A DNA stretch of 64,000 bases from a virus. The stretch is taken from the IMG/VR virus record IMGVR_UViG_3300042090_001278, positions 3,203 through 67,202 of that record, one strand, 5' to 3'. The notes below the pieces were generated by a model. That model saw nothing but the letters and a program-made list of their open reading frames with translations, searched no databases and was not told the origin of the DNA. Positions 10,110 to 19,949 of the stretch are shown here, in pieces; the stretch's first letter is position 1; each line of letters opens with the position of its first letter. The translations under genes were made by a program, and so were the position numbers.

Positions 10110-11282
10110 ATGCCGACGATAGAACGACCCGATTTCAAGCTGGGTGTCGACACCCCGACCATGGACCAAGTGCCGCCCGAAGTTCGCGCACGCTTTGAAG
10201 GCAAGGAGTATGCGGCGCCGTTGGCCGTGCCGCACCCGACAGCGGTTCTGGCGCCGGCAGCTACCGCCGCGTCCGGCGAGGTAGCTCCACCGATCGACGA
10301 GACCCCCGTGGTCGACCCGGAGATTGAGGCGCTCGCGCAGGCAGCCAAGTCTCAGGATCAGGAGCGGAATGGGACGGATACGACGGTTGCCAGGACAGAG
10401 CCGTCGACTGGCGCCAAGCCGGCCGATGTCGCGCCGGGGGCACAGCCGGCAGAGGGCGAGAAGCCCGCCGAAGCCGCGCTCACGGCGACCGACGAGAGAC
10501 TGAACCTGGCGCTGCGCGCGGCGGCGGATGCGATCGGTGTCACCGAGACCGATCCGGCCAAGCTCCCGGAGGCGATTATCGCGCGTCGGGCCGAGCTTGC
10601 TACTCAGCAGGTAGCGCTGGAAAAGCAGATTCAGGATCAGGCGGACACGGCCGCGCTTCAGCGGATCACGACGAATGCCGATCAGCACCTGCGCGAGCTG
10701 CTCGACCCGGTGGTGCGAGCAGACCTCGCCAAGGAGTTCGGTATCGAGGCATGGCCGGACAACTGGTGGGAAGCGGATGCCTGGAACGACCCTACGGCCG
10801 CGGACATGCTGGTGCGGCGCTACAACCAGATTGAGGGCGGCTACAAGATGCTGCCTCAGTACGAGAATGCGTACAATTCGTCGATCGCCCAGGGCCGCGC
10901 TCAGTACGAGGCCGACAGCGCGAAGGTTGGGGCTCTCGATACCAAGTACCCGCTGGCATCGAAGGACGTTGTCAACCACCTGCGGCGTCTCGGGATGTCC
11001 GCCGAGGGTCTCGACACGATCGCGCAGATCACGCATGCGAGCGCGCTGCGGGCGAGCGGATCGAGCGCTTCCGAGGTCGAAAGTCTACGGTCGCAGGTCG
11101 CCGGCCACGAGGCGGCGCTGCAGAAGGCGCGTGCTGAAGGCAAAACCGAGGGCTTGAAGGGTTCGATCGATATCGCGAACGGGAAGGCGATCCCGGCGAC
11201 GACGGGCCTCGGGGCATCGTCCGAGACGGCTCCGGGCAACCTCGACCGAGTCAACTGGTCGATGAAGCTGTTCGGGCATTAA
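10110..11282 (+). CDS. Putative capsid scaffolding protein
   Basis: Acidic/Ala-rich helical protein between portal and capsid; GGAG RBS; contains family C and A inserts. Confidence 0.65.
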   Translation: MPTIERPDFKLGVDTPTMDQVPPEVRARFEGKEYAAPLAVPHPTAVLAPAATAASGEVAPPIDETPVVDPEIEALAQAAKSQDQERNGTDTTVARTEPSTGAKPADVAPGAQPAEGEKPAEAALTATDERLNLALRAAADAIGVTETDPAKLPEAIIARRAELATQQVALEKQIQDQADTAALQRITTNADQHLRELLDPVVRADLAKEFGIEAWPDNWWEADAWNDPTAADMLVRRYNQIEGGYKMLPQYENAYNSSIAQGRAQYEADSAKVGALDTKYPLASKDVVNHLRRLGMSAEGLDTIAQITHASALRASGSSASEVESLRSQVAGHEAALQKARAEGKTEGLKGSIDIANGKAIPATTGLGASSETAPGNLDRVNWSMKLFGH

Positions 11283-11516
11283 GATTCAGGAGTGGGTCCA
11301 ATAAGACGGGTGGGACCGATGGGGCAGAGCGCCGACCCGGCCCTCTCCCACACTTTTCTCGCTTGACGCACAATTCCAAGCAGCCTAGCAAGTCCGGCGC
11401 GCCACCGTGCGCGTCCGGCACACTCGAACGCCGCCCAGGTGTGAACCACCATCGGCCGGCGTTCCCCCGCTTGATGCCAAATTCCAAGCGCCGCAGAACA
11501 AGAAAGGTCTACCGAT

Positions 11517-12602
11517 ATGGCAGCGCCAACCGGTCCCTTCCTGTTTGAGGCGTATCTCCAACAGGTTAAGGACGCAGTTCCAAAAGCGATCTGGTGGTCG
11601 CTCATCGATGCGAACAGCATCTTCACGCATCTTCCGATGGTGACCGAGGGCACGTTGCTCAAGGTCGGCAAGCGCGTGATCGACAATCTTCCGAGCGTGC
11701 AGTACGTCTCGATCGGCCAGGAGCCGACAAACGAGGACTGGCAGCCTCTGGTGGACTTCCAGGAAGGCGTCGCACTGACGCGAAAGAACTTCCAGCTCGA
11801 CCGCCTGTTCCTGACCGACAAGCGCTATCTCGGCAAGCCGACGGAGCTCCTGGTCAAGGCGTACATGAAGGCGCTCGCGTTCTCGACCGACAACTACTTC
11901 TACAACAACAACACCGTGAGCGGCCCGATCGGGGACGCGAACGGGTTTGTCGGTATCCGCTACCGGCTCCTCGACACGAGCGGGCCGCAGGGCTACTCGA
12001 AGTGGGGCTGTAACCCGGCCTGTATTTTCCCGTCGACGACCAACCTCTCGACGGCGGGACTGTCTGGCCCGGGCGCGATCAAGCTGACCGGCGATTGGGA
12101 CAAGATGATCGACCACATGGACGGCGGCGAGGGTGACGGCATCCTTTGCACGATGTCGGCGCAGGCCTTGCGTCAGGTGGACAAGATCATCAAGACGGCG
12201 GGCACGGCGGGTGGTTTCACGATCACCAAGGACGGCTTCGACCGGACGATCCGCAAGTACCGCGGCATGGAAATCCAGCGCTGCGGCTACCAGGCTCCGC
12301 TTCCGGGCGGCCTCCAGATCGCTCCGATTATCTCGTCGAGCCAGGACCCGTACGGGTACCAGTCGGGCGACTTCCAGTACGCTCCGAACGGCAACTTCTA
12401 CACGAGCATGTTCTACATGAAGCGTGGCGAGGACTACTTCACGGCGTGGCAAGCGGGCGATCCGTGGCAGATTGAGGAGCGCGTGCCCGGCACGCGGCAG
12501 ACCTACCTCCTCCACGACCAGTCCTTCGGGATTTTCCAGCAGGACACCCGTGCTCTGGGAGTGACGTTCGGCGTGCAGTGCGACGGCACGACCGGCGACT
12601 AG
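11517..12602 (+). CDS. Major capsid protein
   Basis: 361 aa; F-x-G..GF-x-G-I-x-x-R segment; strong codon bias; follows scaffold and precedes a terminator. Confidence 0.8.
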   Translation: MAAPTGPFLFEAYLQQVKDAVPKAIWWSLIDANSIFTHLPMVTEGTLLKVGKRVIDNLPSVQYVSIGQEPTNEDWQPLVDFQEGVALTRKNFQLDRLFLTDKRYLGKPTELLVKAYMKALAFSTDNYFYNNNTVSGPIGDANGFVGIRYRLLDTSGPQGYSKWGCNPACIFPSTTNLSTAGLSGPGAIKLTGDWDKMIDHMDGGEGDGILCTMSAQALRQVDKIIKTAGTAGGFTITKDGFDRTIRKYRGMEIQRCGYQAPLPGGLQIAPIISSSQDPYGYQSGDFQYAPNGNFYTSMFYMKRGEDYFTAWQAGDPWQIEERVPGTRQTYLLHDQSFGIFQQDTRALGVTFGVQCDGTTGD

Positions 12603-12644
12603 ACGGCGTTCCGACAACGCGCTGAGTAAGACGGCTAGAGATGG

Positions 12645-12682
12645 GCGGCCTGGGGCGGATTTGCTCCGGGCCGCTTTTGTTT
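12645..12682 (+). terminator. Rho-independent terminator after capsid gene
   Basis: Stem GCGGCCTGGGGC / GCTCCGGGCCGC followed by TTTTGTTT. Confidence 0.75.
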
Positions 12683-12709
12683 CGGTCGCGGAAAATAAGG
12701 TGAAATCAA

Positions 12710-13132
12710 GTGTTTGACACAACGGTAATCGCCAGCGCCACCTATATCGGGAGCGGCGTGGGCGCATGGCAGGACTCGGGCGACAGCCCGCCTGTCCTTG
12801 GCCTTTGGTGCCTCTTCAACGTGACGAATGTCCAGGGCATTCCGAACGTGCTTCTGGCTATCCAGTCGTCTCAGGACCAGGTGACGATCACGGACCTGGC
12901 CAAGAACGATGTCCAGGGCGGCCTGGTCAACGCGCCGGGGCAGTACCCGGTGCGCTTCTCGACCAGGAAGCGCTACTGGCGTCCGATCTGGACGTTCTAC
13001 GCGAACGATCCGGGCGGAACGAGCGGAAATAGCTCGAGCTCGTCCGCTCAGTCGGCGTTCTCCTCGAGCTCTTCGGGCGGCACGGCGGCGATCACCATGT
13101 CGATCGGCGTCGCGCCGTCGATTAATGGCTGA
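12710..13132 (+). CDS. Putative capsid decoration/cement protein with poly-Ser insert
   Basis: Small beta-rich protein after capsid (IQSS.D...W/D, KRY-x-R); AAGGTG RBS. Confidence 0.55.
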   Translation: MFDTTVIASATYIGSGVGAWQDSGDSPPVLGLWCLFNVTNVQGIPNVLLAIQSSQDQVTITDLAKNDVQGGLVNAPGQYPVRFSTRKRYWRPIWTFYANDPGGTSGNSSSSSAQSAFSSSSSGGTAAITMSIGVAPSING

Positions 13133-13233
13133 TCTTTTCGGATAAAGCTAAATGCGCGGGCCGTTTCTCCCGGCCCGCGCGATTTTCCGGGGAACCCATG
13201 GATTAGGATGATTTTTCGGAGGGAACTGGGACG

Positions 13234-13854
13234 ATGACCTGGCAGCCGCGACTTACCTTGGCTCCCGATGCAACGATCGGCGAGTTTTTCGACATGGCGT
13301 CGGAGCCGGATATCTACGGCGACAGCGGCATCTGCCGTCATTTGCCGTATTTGAAGTCGCTGGTGGGGCTCGACGGGGACAAGATCGTCGAGCTTGGTTG
13401 TGGCGGGATGGATCAGTCGACGGTTGCGTGGCTTGCGGGGCTCAGTTCGGGGTACCAGTGTCGCGGGTCACTCACCTGTTACGACCTCTTGGAATACCCG
13501 GCGCTTCCCACCATTCGACAGTTTGCCAAGAGTTACAATATCGGCTTCGATTTCGTGCAGGGCTCCACGGCGACGTCGGAGCCGCGTAAGTCCGACATCC
13601 TTTTTATCGACACTCTCCACGACGCGGACACGGTCCAGATTGAGCTGCGGCGTTTCGCGCCGCTGTGCTCTCGGCTGATCGTCTTTCACGATGTTGTGAC
13701 GTTCGGGCGGTCGGGCCAATTCGCCGGCGCGGATCGGCCGAACCAGGGGATCAACCTGGCGATTGCCGAGTTTCTATTCCTGAATCCGGAGTGGCGGGTC
13801 GAGAGATTTGTCGCGTTCGACAACGGGCTGCTGACGCTCAGAAAAGCGGATTAG
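13234..13854 (+). CDS. Class I SAM-dependent methyltransferase (Methyltransf_24-like)
   Basis: IVELGC, DILFIDTLH, IVFHD and NGLL motifs. Confidence 0.8.
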   Translation: MTWQPRLTLAPDATIGEFFDMASEPDIYGDSGICRHLPYLKSLVGLDGDKIVELGCGGMDQSTVAWLAGLSSGYQCRGSLTCYDLLEYPALPTIRQFAKSYNIGFDFVQGSTATSEPRKSDILFIDTLHDADTVQIELRRFAPLCSRLIVFHDVVTFGRSGQFAGADRPNQGINLAIAEFLFLNPEWRVERFVAFDNGLLTLRKAD

Positions 13855-14303
13855 CCGACGGCGCTGCGGCTTTTGGTTCTGCCGACAGCTTTCCCTTCCC
13901 TGCGATAGCCAGCCATGGCGAACTGAGCATCGGGAAGGTTGACGAGAGGTGGCACGCGGTCGAAATCGGCGGGAGAGTTGATGCGGTTCTCGTAGAGCCA
14001 GTCGAGGAAAGGGCCGAACATCGGACAAACCCAGACCTTGTGCTTGTCGAGATCGTATTTAGCTCGGCCTGGCGGCGTGAATCGTGCGCCCTCACCGGTT
14101 TGTAGGTCCAGCACCCAATAACTGTTCGGATCGACCCCGCACGCCCACAACAGCGGCTTGCCGATTAGGAGAGCACTTTTGTAGACCTGCTCGGACGGAT
14201 CGGACCCGCAGAGCATGAACTTGCCCCAGTTAGACATGCCGTTAATGTCGCCCGGAACGGCGTCGCCCGGAACGTTGGTCACCTCAACGATTTTTGTTAT
14301 CAT
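13851..14303 (-). CDS. Hypothetical protein inserted in reverse orientation
   Basis: 150-aa ORF exactly filling the gap between methyltransferase and glycosyltransferase. Confidence 0.6.
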   Translation of the reverse strand: MITKIVEVTNVPGDAVPGDINGMSNWGKFMLCGSDPSEQVYKSALLIGKPLLWACGVDPNSYWVLDLQTGEGARFTPPGRAKYDLDKHKVWVCPMFGPFLDWLYENRINSPADFDRVPPLVNLPDAQFAMAGYRREGKAVGRTKSRSAVG

Positions 14304-14323
14304 CTCGGCTTGGATTTTACCTC

Positions 14324-15202
14324 ATGAAACCCTCCCCAACTCCCGCCGATGCAAAAGTAGGCATTTGTATCGCGACATATGGCAGCGTGCCATATGTCCA
14401 CCTCGGCCTCGAGGCGCTTCATCGTCACGAAAACATGCTCATCCAGGGCTATGAGCATGGCACCCTCAGGCTTCTTGTCCATGACGACAGCAGCCCGGAC
14501 CAGGAAGCTCTGAAACGCCTTTGCGCGGACTACCTGGTCGCGCCCGACTTTGTGAGCACGGTCAGCCGGCGCGTGCCGACGATCGGGGACACGTCGGCCT
14601 TTGTGGAGGCGCTGAAGTGGGCCGAGCGCGAAGGCCTGGACGTCGTGGTCAAGTGCTCGCGGCGGATGATCCTGAACAAGCCGTGGGTAGCGGGCCTGGT
14701 CGAGCTGATGCACAACACCGGTTACGCGACGGCATCGGGCGCGTGCGCCTGGTACCGCTTCGGCTTCCGATCGGAGCTGGTGGCGATGCACGTGCGGTCG
14801 TGGATCGACAGCGGGGCGTGCGCGGAGATGGAGGCGTGCGTTCGCGAGAATCGTCAGCCCGATCCGCTGCCCGAGGCCTGGCTGCATCACCGGGCGCGCG
14901 ATGTCCACCGGTTCGTGCATCCCACGGTCGAGTCGGCGAGCCACATGCAGGACGTGAATCATCCGGACTGCGATATGCTGGTTCGGTACGAGCAGGCCTA
15001 TGTGCGATCGGACCACAAGGAGGCGTTCGCGGACTGGGCGCTGATGGGCCTTAGCCGGCGCGACCGCGTTCCGGGCGTGCTGTGGCACGATATCGACACG
15101 CCGGCGGAGTATGCGGCGCTGTCGGCGGAGTTTGGCCTGCCGTACACGGCGGATCAGTTTGAGATTCGCGCCGACCACAACTGCGGCAAGCGTGACGCTT
15201 GA
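14324..15202 (+). CDS. GT-A (family 2-like) glycosyltransferase
   Basis: VGICIATY and LLVHDDSS motifs; in-frame family E insert MLIQGYEHGT. Confidence 0.7.
   Translation: MKPSPTPADAKVGICIATYGSVPYVHLGLEALHRHENMLIQGYEHGTLRLLVHDDSSPDQEALKRLCADYLVAPDFVSTVSRRVPTIGDTSAFVEALKWAEREGLDVVVKCSRRMILNKPWVAGLVELMHNTGYATASGACAWYRFGFRSELVAMHVRSWIDSGACAEMEACVRENRQPDPLPEAWLHHRARDVHRFVHPTVESASHMQDVNHPDCDMLVRYEQAYVRSDHKEAFADWALMGLSRRDRVPGVLWHDIDTPAEYAALSAEFGLPYTADQFEIRADHNCGKRDA
14433..14465 (+). repeat. Family E 33-bp hairpin element; identical copy 50327-50359
   Basis: ACATGCTCATCCAGGGCTATGAGCATGGCACCC, stem CATGCTCAT/ATGAGCATG. Confidence 0.9.
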
Positions 15203-15221
15203 CCCGTGATGGGGAAGTTCC

Positions 15222-16298
15222 TTGCACCCTCGCCGAATAGTCCTCGATCAGCGTCAGAGCGCGGGCGATGTCCTCGTGCTTACCGCCGCTGTCAAGGCAC
15301 TGCACGAATCGCAGCCGGGGATGTTCATCACCGATTATGTCGGGCATCACGGGCGCCTTTCGGACGGCAACAACCTCTTCGAGCATAACCCCTACATAAC
15401 GCCATTCTATGAAGGGCCGCCGCACGATGTGCGCAAGCACGTGGCGGCCGCTCAGTACGTGATGTGCGATTACGGCTACGGGTGCAACGGGGCCGGACGC
15501 TCTTTCCACTTCCTGTACGGGTTCACGGAGTTCCTCTCGCGCAAGCTGGGCGTGCATATCGAGATGAAGGATTTCAAGGGCGATCTGTACCTCGAGGGCG
15601 AGGACCTGGAGCCGTGGCCGGGACTGCCGGCGACTTACGCGATTATCGACGCCGGCCACAAGGCGGACGTGACCGCAAAGCTCTGGAGTGTCTACCGCTA
15701 TCAGGAAGTCGTGAACGCGACGAAGGATCGTATCGCCTGGGTGCAAGTCGGCAGCGCGGCCGACACGCACGCGCACCTAACGGGTGTCCACGATCTGATC
15801 GGTCAGACGAACCTGCGGCAGCTCATTCGCGTGTTCCGCGGGGCATCGCTGGTGCTGACTCCGATCAGCCTGCCGATGCACCTGGCGGCGGCCGTGCCGA
15901 TGATAGGCGATGGCAATAAGCCTGCGCCGGCCGATGTCGAGAAGATGCACGAGCGGTATGGTCAGAAGCGGGGCGCGGCGAAGGGCGAGCGCGGCAGCCC
16001 TGGCGACGATCCGCCCGCTTGCCGGAAGATTCGGCCGTGCGTGGTGCTGGCCGGACAGCGCGAGCAGCGGCAATGGGAGCTGTATCCGGGGCATGTGATG
16101 CTCGGAACGGACGGCAAGCTCTCGCAGTGCCCGGTAGGTGTCGGCGATGCCTGCTGGCGCAACAAGACGGTGAAGATCGACAAAGACCAGTCGCTGTGCA
16201 TGTCGGCGATGCTCGACGAGCAGGGCAAGCCGATGCCCGAATGCCTCCACCGTGTGAGCGTGGCCGAAGTGGTGCGCGCGATCGAGAGATTCCTGTAG
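15222..16298 (+). CDS. GT9 (heptosyltransferase-like) glycosyltransferase
   Basis: GDVLVLTAAVKAL, K-x-W, DLIGQTNLRQL and S.PMHLAAAV..PCVVL motifs. Confidence 0.85.
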   Translation: MHPRRIVLDQRQSAGDVLVLTAAVKALHESQPGMFITDYVGHHGRLSDGNNLFEHNPYITPFYEGPPHDVRKHVAAAQYVMCDYGYGCNGAGRSFHFLYGFTEFLSRKLGVHIEMKDFKGDLYLEGEDLEPWPGLPATYAIIDAGHKADVTAKLWSVYRYQEVVNATKDRIAWVQVGSAADTHAHLTGVHDLIGQTNLRQLIRVFRGASLVLTPISLPMHLAAAVPMIGDGNKPAPADVEKMHERYGQKRGAAKGERGSPGDDPPACRKIRPCVVLAGQREQRQWELYPGHVMLGTDGKLSQCPVGVGDACWRNKTVKIDKDQSLCMSAMLDEQGKPMPECLHRVSVAEVVRAIERFL

Positions 16299-16386
16299 GA
16301 TTTAGGATTCAGGAATGGGACTTATTGGACGAATGGGACCGATGGGACCATGCCGCCGAATAGATATCTGACGAGGCGATTCCCCC

Positions 16387-17142
16387 ATGACCGGTAATGA
16401 CATCATTCAGTCGGGCCTCGTCAGACTTGGCGAGAGCCTTTCGACGGGTGCGCAGCAGCAGTCGATGCTATGGCCCGACCACGTGCGCTGGGCGGCGAAC
16501 CGGCTGGCGCGGGACACGTGGTGCCTGTACCGGCTGGCATCGACGGACATCCTGATGGGTCAGGGTGTCTACAAGATGCCGAAGCGCCCGTTCCGCGCGA
16601 TGGCGGTGCTAGTCAAGGATGACAACGGCAATATCTGGCCGATCTCCGGGATCACGGCCGAGCAGGCGGACAGCCTCTACTACAACTGGCGGGCATCGCC
16701 GGGGTCGTCGCCGCCGGCGGGCCTGCCGTCAACAAGCGTGCCTCAGATTTACCAGGGCGTGCCGGTGCAGTATATCGACGATACCCTGGACACCCTCTGC
16801 CTCATTCCCATCCCGAACTACGGTGCCCAGGACGGCTTGATGGTGGCCGGCTACTACGGTGTCGACAAGTGGTGGGATATGAACGATGAATGCCCGCTCC
16901 CGGACGGCCATCAGCAGGCGGTGATCACCGGGGCTTGCTGGCAGCGGTGCGAGGAGATGCTGATGATCGACCCGCGCTACGCCGCTGTCCTTCCCAGGTA
17001 TCAGTCCCGCTTTGAATCGGAGAAGCGTGACCTGTACCGCGAGTGCGTGGGGGCGATCGAGGCGCGGCGCGGCCAGGTGCCGTCGATGGGCAAGCGGATG
17101 GGCGCGTACGGCCTCGGCTGGGGATTCTGGGGGGTGGCGTAA
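16387..17142 (+). CDS. Putative head-tail adaptor protein
   Basis: GQGVY-x-M-P, G-x-P..Y, L-x-P-x-P and P..H..I motifs; position after head genes. Confidence 0.65.
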   Translation: MTGNDIIQSGLVRLGESLSTGAQQQSMLWPDHVRWAANRLARDTWCLYRLASTDILMGQGVYKMPKRPFRAMAVLVKDDNGNIWPISGITAEQADSLYYNWRASPGSSPPAGLPSTSVPQIYQGVPVQYIDDTLDTLCLIPIPNYGAQDGLMVAGYYGVDKWWDMNDECPLPDGHQQAVITGACWQRCEEMLMIDPRYAAVLPRYQSRFESEKRDLYRECVGAIEARRGQVPSMGKRMGAYGLGWGFWGVA

Positions 17143-17888
17143 TGTCTACGTCGACGGACATTATCAACGCGGTCGAGACGTATCTCGCGCAGACAACGGC
17201 AATGATCGTGGCAGGTCTGCCCTCGGGCGGCGGCGAAAACGATGTCTACACGATCACGAGCAACAATCAGCTCCTCTTGTGGGCGACGGAGGGTCAGAAC
17301 CGGCTCGCAAGGCTTTGCCTGCCGGTCCCGGACACTGCGACGTTCACGCCGGCGACGTCGGGCCAATCCAGCGTGCCGTTCACGCAGATCGTGAGCGGGT
17401 CGGGGCGGGTGCTGATATCGCCGTCGCAGGTGTCGATCGGCAGCCGCAACCTCGTGACGGCCAACATGGGCTTTTTGATGGGGAACAACAACTGGTACCC
17501 GACGCTTCCCGATGGAACGCCGACCGGTTGGGCGGATAACAATAGCGGGATCACGCTGTCGACCTACACGGGTCAGCCGACGTTCACGGCGACCGGCTAC
17601 TTTCTGCCGGCTCCGCTGACGATCCTGGGCCAGACGCTTGACAGTTATATCGACGACTACGCGATGCGGACGATCGCCTTCTATGTGGCGTGGATGGTCT
17701 GCGGCAAAAACCTGAACAACACGGTGCTGGCCGAGCGGCTGGTGCCGATGGGGAACGAGTGGGTCGGCGGTGTCAAGGAGATGTACGCGCGTCTGATCCA
17801 GGAGGATCCGACGATGGCGGCGTTCTACCCGCTGGAGCCGATCAACAGCCTGGTGCAGGTGACAGGTCAGGTCAAGGCCAGGACGTAG
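17142..17888 (+). CDS. Second adaptor-like virion protein
   Basis: TAATG coupling; EGQNRLAR and GTP..W motifs resemble the preceding gene. Confidence 0.6.
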   Translation: MSTSTDIINAVETYLAQTTAMIVAGLPSGGGENDVYTITSNNQLLLWATEGQNRLARLCLPVPDTATFTPATSGQSSVPFTQIVSGSGRVLISPSQVSIGSRNLVTANMGFLMGNNNWYPTLPDGTPTGWADNNSGITLSTYTGQPTFTATGYFLPAPLTILGQTLDSYIDDYAMRTIAFYVAWMVCGKNLNNTVLAERLVPMGNEWVGGVKEMYARLIQEDPTMAAFYPLEPINSLVQVTGQVKART

Positions 17889-17957
17889 GGATTAGGATTC
17901 AGGATTCAGGAATGGGACGAATAGGACGTAGGGGACGGATACGACAATGCCGCGGAA
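17889..17957 (+). repeat. Family A element (GGATTCA-like heptamers, GGACGAATR-like nonamers, ATACGACAATGCCG); about 21 copies
   Basis: Copies at about 4227, 9773, 10352, 11283, 16296, 17889, 18499, 20382, 20964, 21906, 31657, 43477, 45565, 47203, 50866, 51910, 60428, 62096, 62546, 62821, 63654, all on + strand. Confidence 0.9.
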
Positions 17958-17976
17958 GTAGGAATAGGCGCACGCC

Positions 17977-18495
17977 ATGAGCAGTTCATCGTCATCGTCG
18001 GCAAGTGGTTCGAGCAGCTCGGGGGGCGTGCGGTCGCCGCTTTACTGCCGGCAGGGCGTGCGCCTGATTGAGCCGTCGCCAAAGACGATCGAGCAGTCGG
18101 TCGCCGGCGGCAACCTGTATGTGACGGTGACGATGCCGTTCGGCATTCTCAACAAGTGGCTGCCGCTGATGCCCTCGAGCGGGCCGGATGTGCTGGTGAT
18201 CAACTACGCAGACACGCTTGGCCAGGTCGGGATCGTGTCGCGAAACGTGACCTTCTGGATGTCCGACAGCGGGTATGTGTTCGTGAGCAGCGATGGGAGC
18301 ACGCAGTTTTTGATCGGCGGGGTCGATGGGCCGTTCTTTGATGCGAACGCGCTGGCGGTCAACGCAAGGAATGTTACGGCTTTGGCCGCGGCGCTTTTGC
18401 CCTGCTGCAATCCGGCGCGGTACGACGCGGCGGTCCTGGTGACCGGGCAGGTGCGGCCGGTGACGTGGATTCATGACGGCGTGCTGCTGTCGTGA
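17977..18495 (+). CDS. Hypothetical virion protein with N-terminal poly-Ser
   Basis: MSSSSSSSASGSSSSGG start; in structural operon. Confidence 0.6.
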   Translation: MSSSSSSSASGSSSSGGVRSPLYCRQGVRLIEPSPKTIEQSVAGGNLYVTVTMPFGILNKWLPLMPSSGPDVLVINYADTLGQVGIVSRNVTFWMSDSGYVFVSSDGSTQFLIGGVDGPFFDANALAVNARNVTALAAALLPCCNPARYDAAVLVTGQVRPVTWIHDGVLLS

Positions 18496-18548
18496 GGCTA
18501 GGACTTAGGAATGGGTCGAATGGGACTTAGGGGACGGATGGGACAGGA

Positions 18549-18845
18549 TTAGTCGGCGGTGGGGTCGATTTGAGGATAGTGCTGCCTGAACTCGGCCTCC
18601 GAGACTTGTTTGAAGCCGCTTGCCTTGGCGAACTTCGCGTAAGCGCCGACGAGCACGCCTACTTCAAACGTAAGCTCCTGCGGCATGTCGCCGAGGTATT
18701 GAACTTCCGCTTTATCACAAAGCACTTTGACCGCGGAGATCAGTTCGTCGAGGCCAACGGCGGGGCCGTCTGTTTCGAGGTCGAGATAGCGGCTCATGAT
18801 TTGGCTCTCCTCTTCAGTCACGATGCGCAGGTTCTTTGCTCTCAC
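18549..18845 (-). CDS. Hypothetical protein
   Basis: ORF in minus-strand cluster. Confidence 0.5.
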   Translation of the reverse strand: MRAKNLRIVTEEESQIMSRYLDLETDGPAVGLDELISAVKVLCDKAEVQYLGDMPQELTFEVGVLVGAYAKFAKASGFKQVSEAEFRQHYPQIDPTAD

Positions 18846-18935
18846 GATTTGCCCCCGTGCCCGCGCTTGCGCCGCTTGAGACGCTTCGCGACGACGATGG
18901 TCTGGTGGTGCTAGTCATTCGGGCGTGGCCTCTGC

Positions 18936-19235
18936 TCATCGCGCGGATACCTCGCCTTCGTCCTCGACCGGGCTGTACTTGCGCTCGAAAACGGCCTTTG
19001 GATTGACGTAGGCGTAGCCATCCTCCTGAACGACGTAGTAGTCGCCAGGCACGGGCATATAGCGGGCGACCATCGCTTCATCGATCTTCACGTTTTCGTG
19101 GCCGTCTAGGACGAGAGGCAGGTCGAACCAGTGCGCTACCACGGGATCTGTACGTCCTGGCGGATGGTAGACGGCATCGCCCACGGTCAGGATCAGGTAG
19201 GCGTCGACGATCTCCGGGTTAGCTCGATAGCGCAT
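18936..19235 (-). CDS. Conserved small phage protein (PGDY motif)
   Basis: P-x-PGDYYV..DGY..NPK.VFE..Y. Confidence 0.7.
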   Translation of the reverse strand: MRYRANPEIVDAYLILTVGDAVYHPPGRTDPVVAHWFDLPLVLDGHENVKIDEAMVARYMPVPGDYYVVQEDGYAYVNPKAVFERKYSPVEDEGEVSAR

Positions 19236-19521
19236 GGATACCTGCCTTTCCCGGACGCAATCGGAATACGTGGATCATCTCGCCACCCTCGCGGACTGAC
19301 CCGATGAACTTGTAGTCCTCCGGGCGCTCGATCTTCGTGCCTGTCGTGATGGCCAGGAAGATTTCGTCGCAAAAATCGTACGAGTCGTCGACAAGCATGT
19401 TGACGTAGATATCTCCCTGATAAACGTCAACGCTCAGAGTATCGCCGAACGCGGGAACTCCGACCGCCGTATGCAACGCACCGCTGGCGTGGGCGATCTT
19501 GTAGCTTTCGACCTTAATCAT
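19219..19521 (-). CDS. Conserved small phage protein
   Basis: LSV..Q, TG, FIGSV..HVF pattern; coupled with neighbours. Confidence 0.6.
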   Translation of the reverse strand: MIKVESYKIAHASGALHTAVGVPAFGDTLSVDVYQGDIYVNMLVDDSYDFCDEIFLAITTGTKIERPEDYKFIGSVREGGEMIHVFRLRPGKAGIHALSS

Positions 19522-19891
19522 CCCTCATACCCTCCGGGATTGCTTCGGCCGCTTGCCGCAGCTCGCGGAACACGCGGAACTCTTGCACGATCATGGCGAT
19601 GGCGCGGTCGTCGGTGAGGTTGAGGCGCTCGCGCAGGAAGTCGACGACGAAGCCATCGGCCAGGGCGCTGACGCTGGCGTTGACCAGATACTCGGCCTGG
19701 CGGATTGCCTCCTCGGGCGACATCTGAATCTCGACGGTGGCCGTGCGATCGGGAGATTGAGGTTCCTCCTCACCGTCGCGTGAGATGGGCTTGCCGGTGA
19801 CGACGAGCCGGACCCACGGCAGGCCGGTTTTCACCCCTTGCATGCTGCCGACGAATATCCCGTGGTTGGCGTCGCTGCTTGGTTCTTCCAT
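19514..19891 (-). CDS. Hypothetical protein
   Basis: ORF overlapping next gene start. Confidence 0.55.
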   Translation of the reverse strand: MEEPSSDANHGIFVGSMQGVKTGLPWVRLVVTGKPISRDGEEEPQSPDRTATVEIQMSPEEAIRQAEYLVNASVSALADGFVVDFLRERLNLTDDRAIAMIVQEFRVFRELRQAAEAIPEGMRDD

Positions 19892-19949
19892 GAGCGCCTG
19901 TTAGCCAAATGAGAAGGGAAATCCTTCTTGGACAAGGAGTCCTTTCCCC

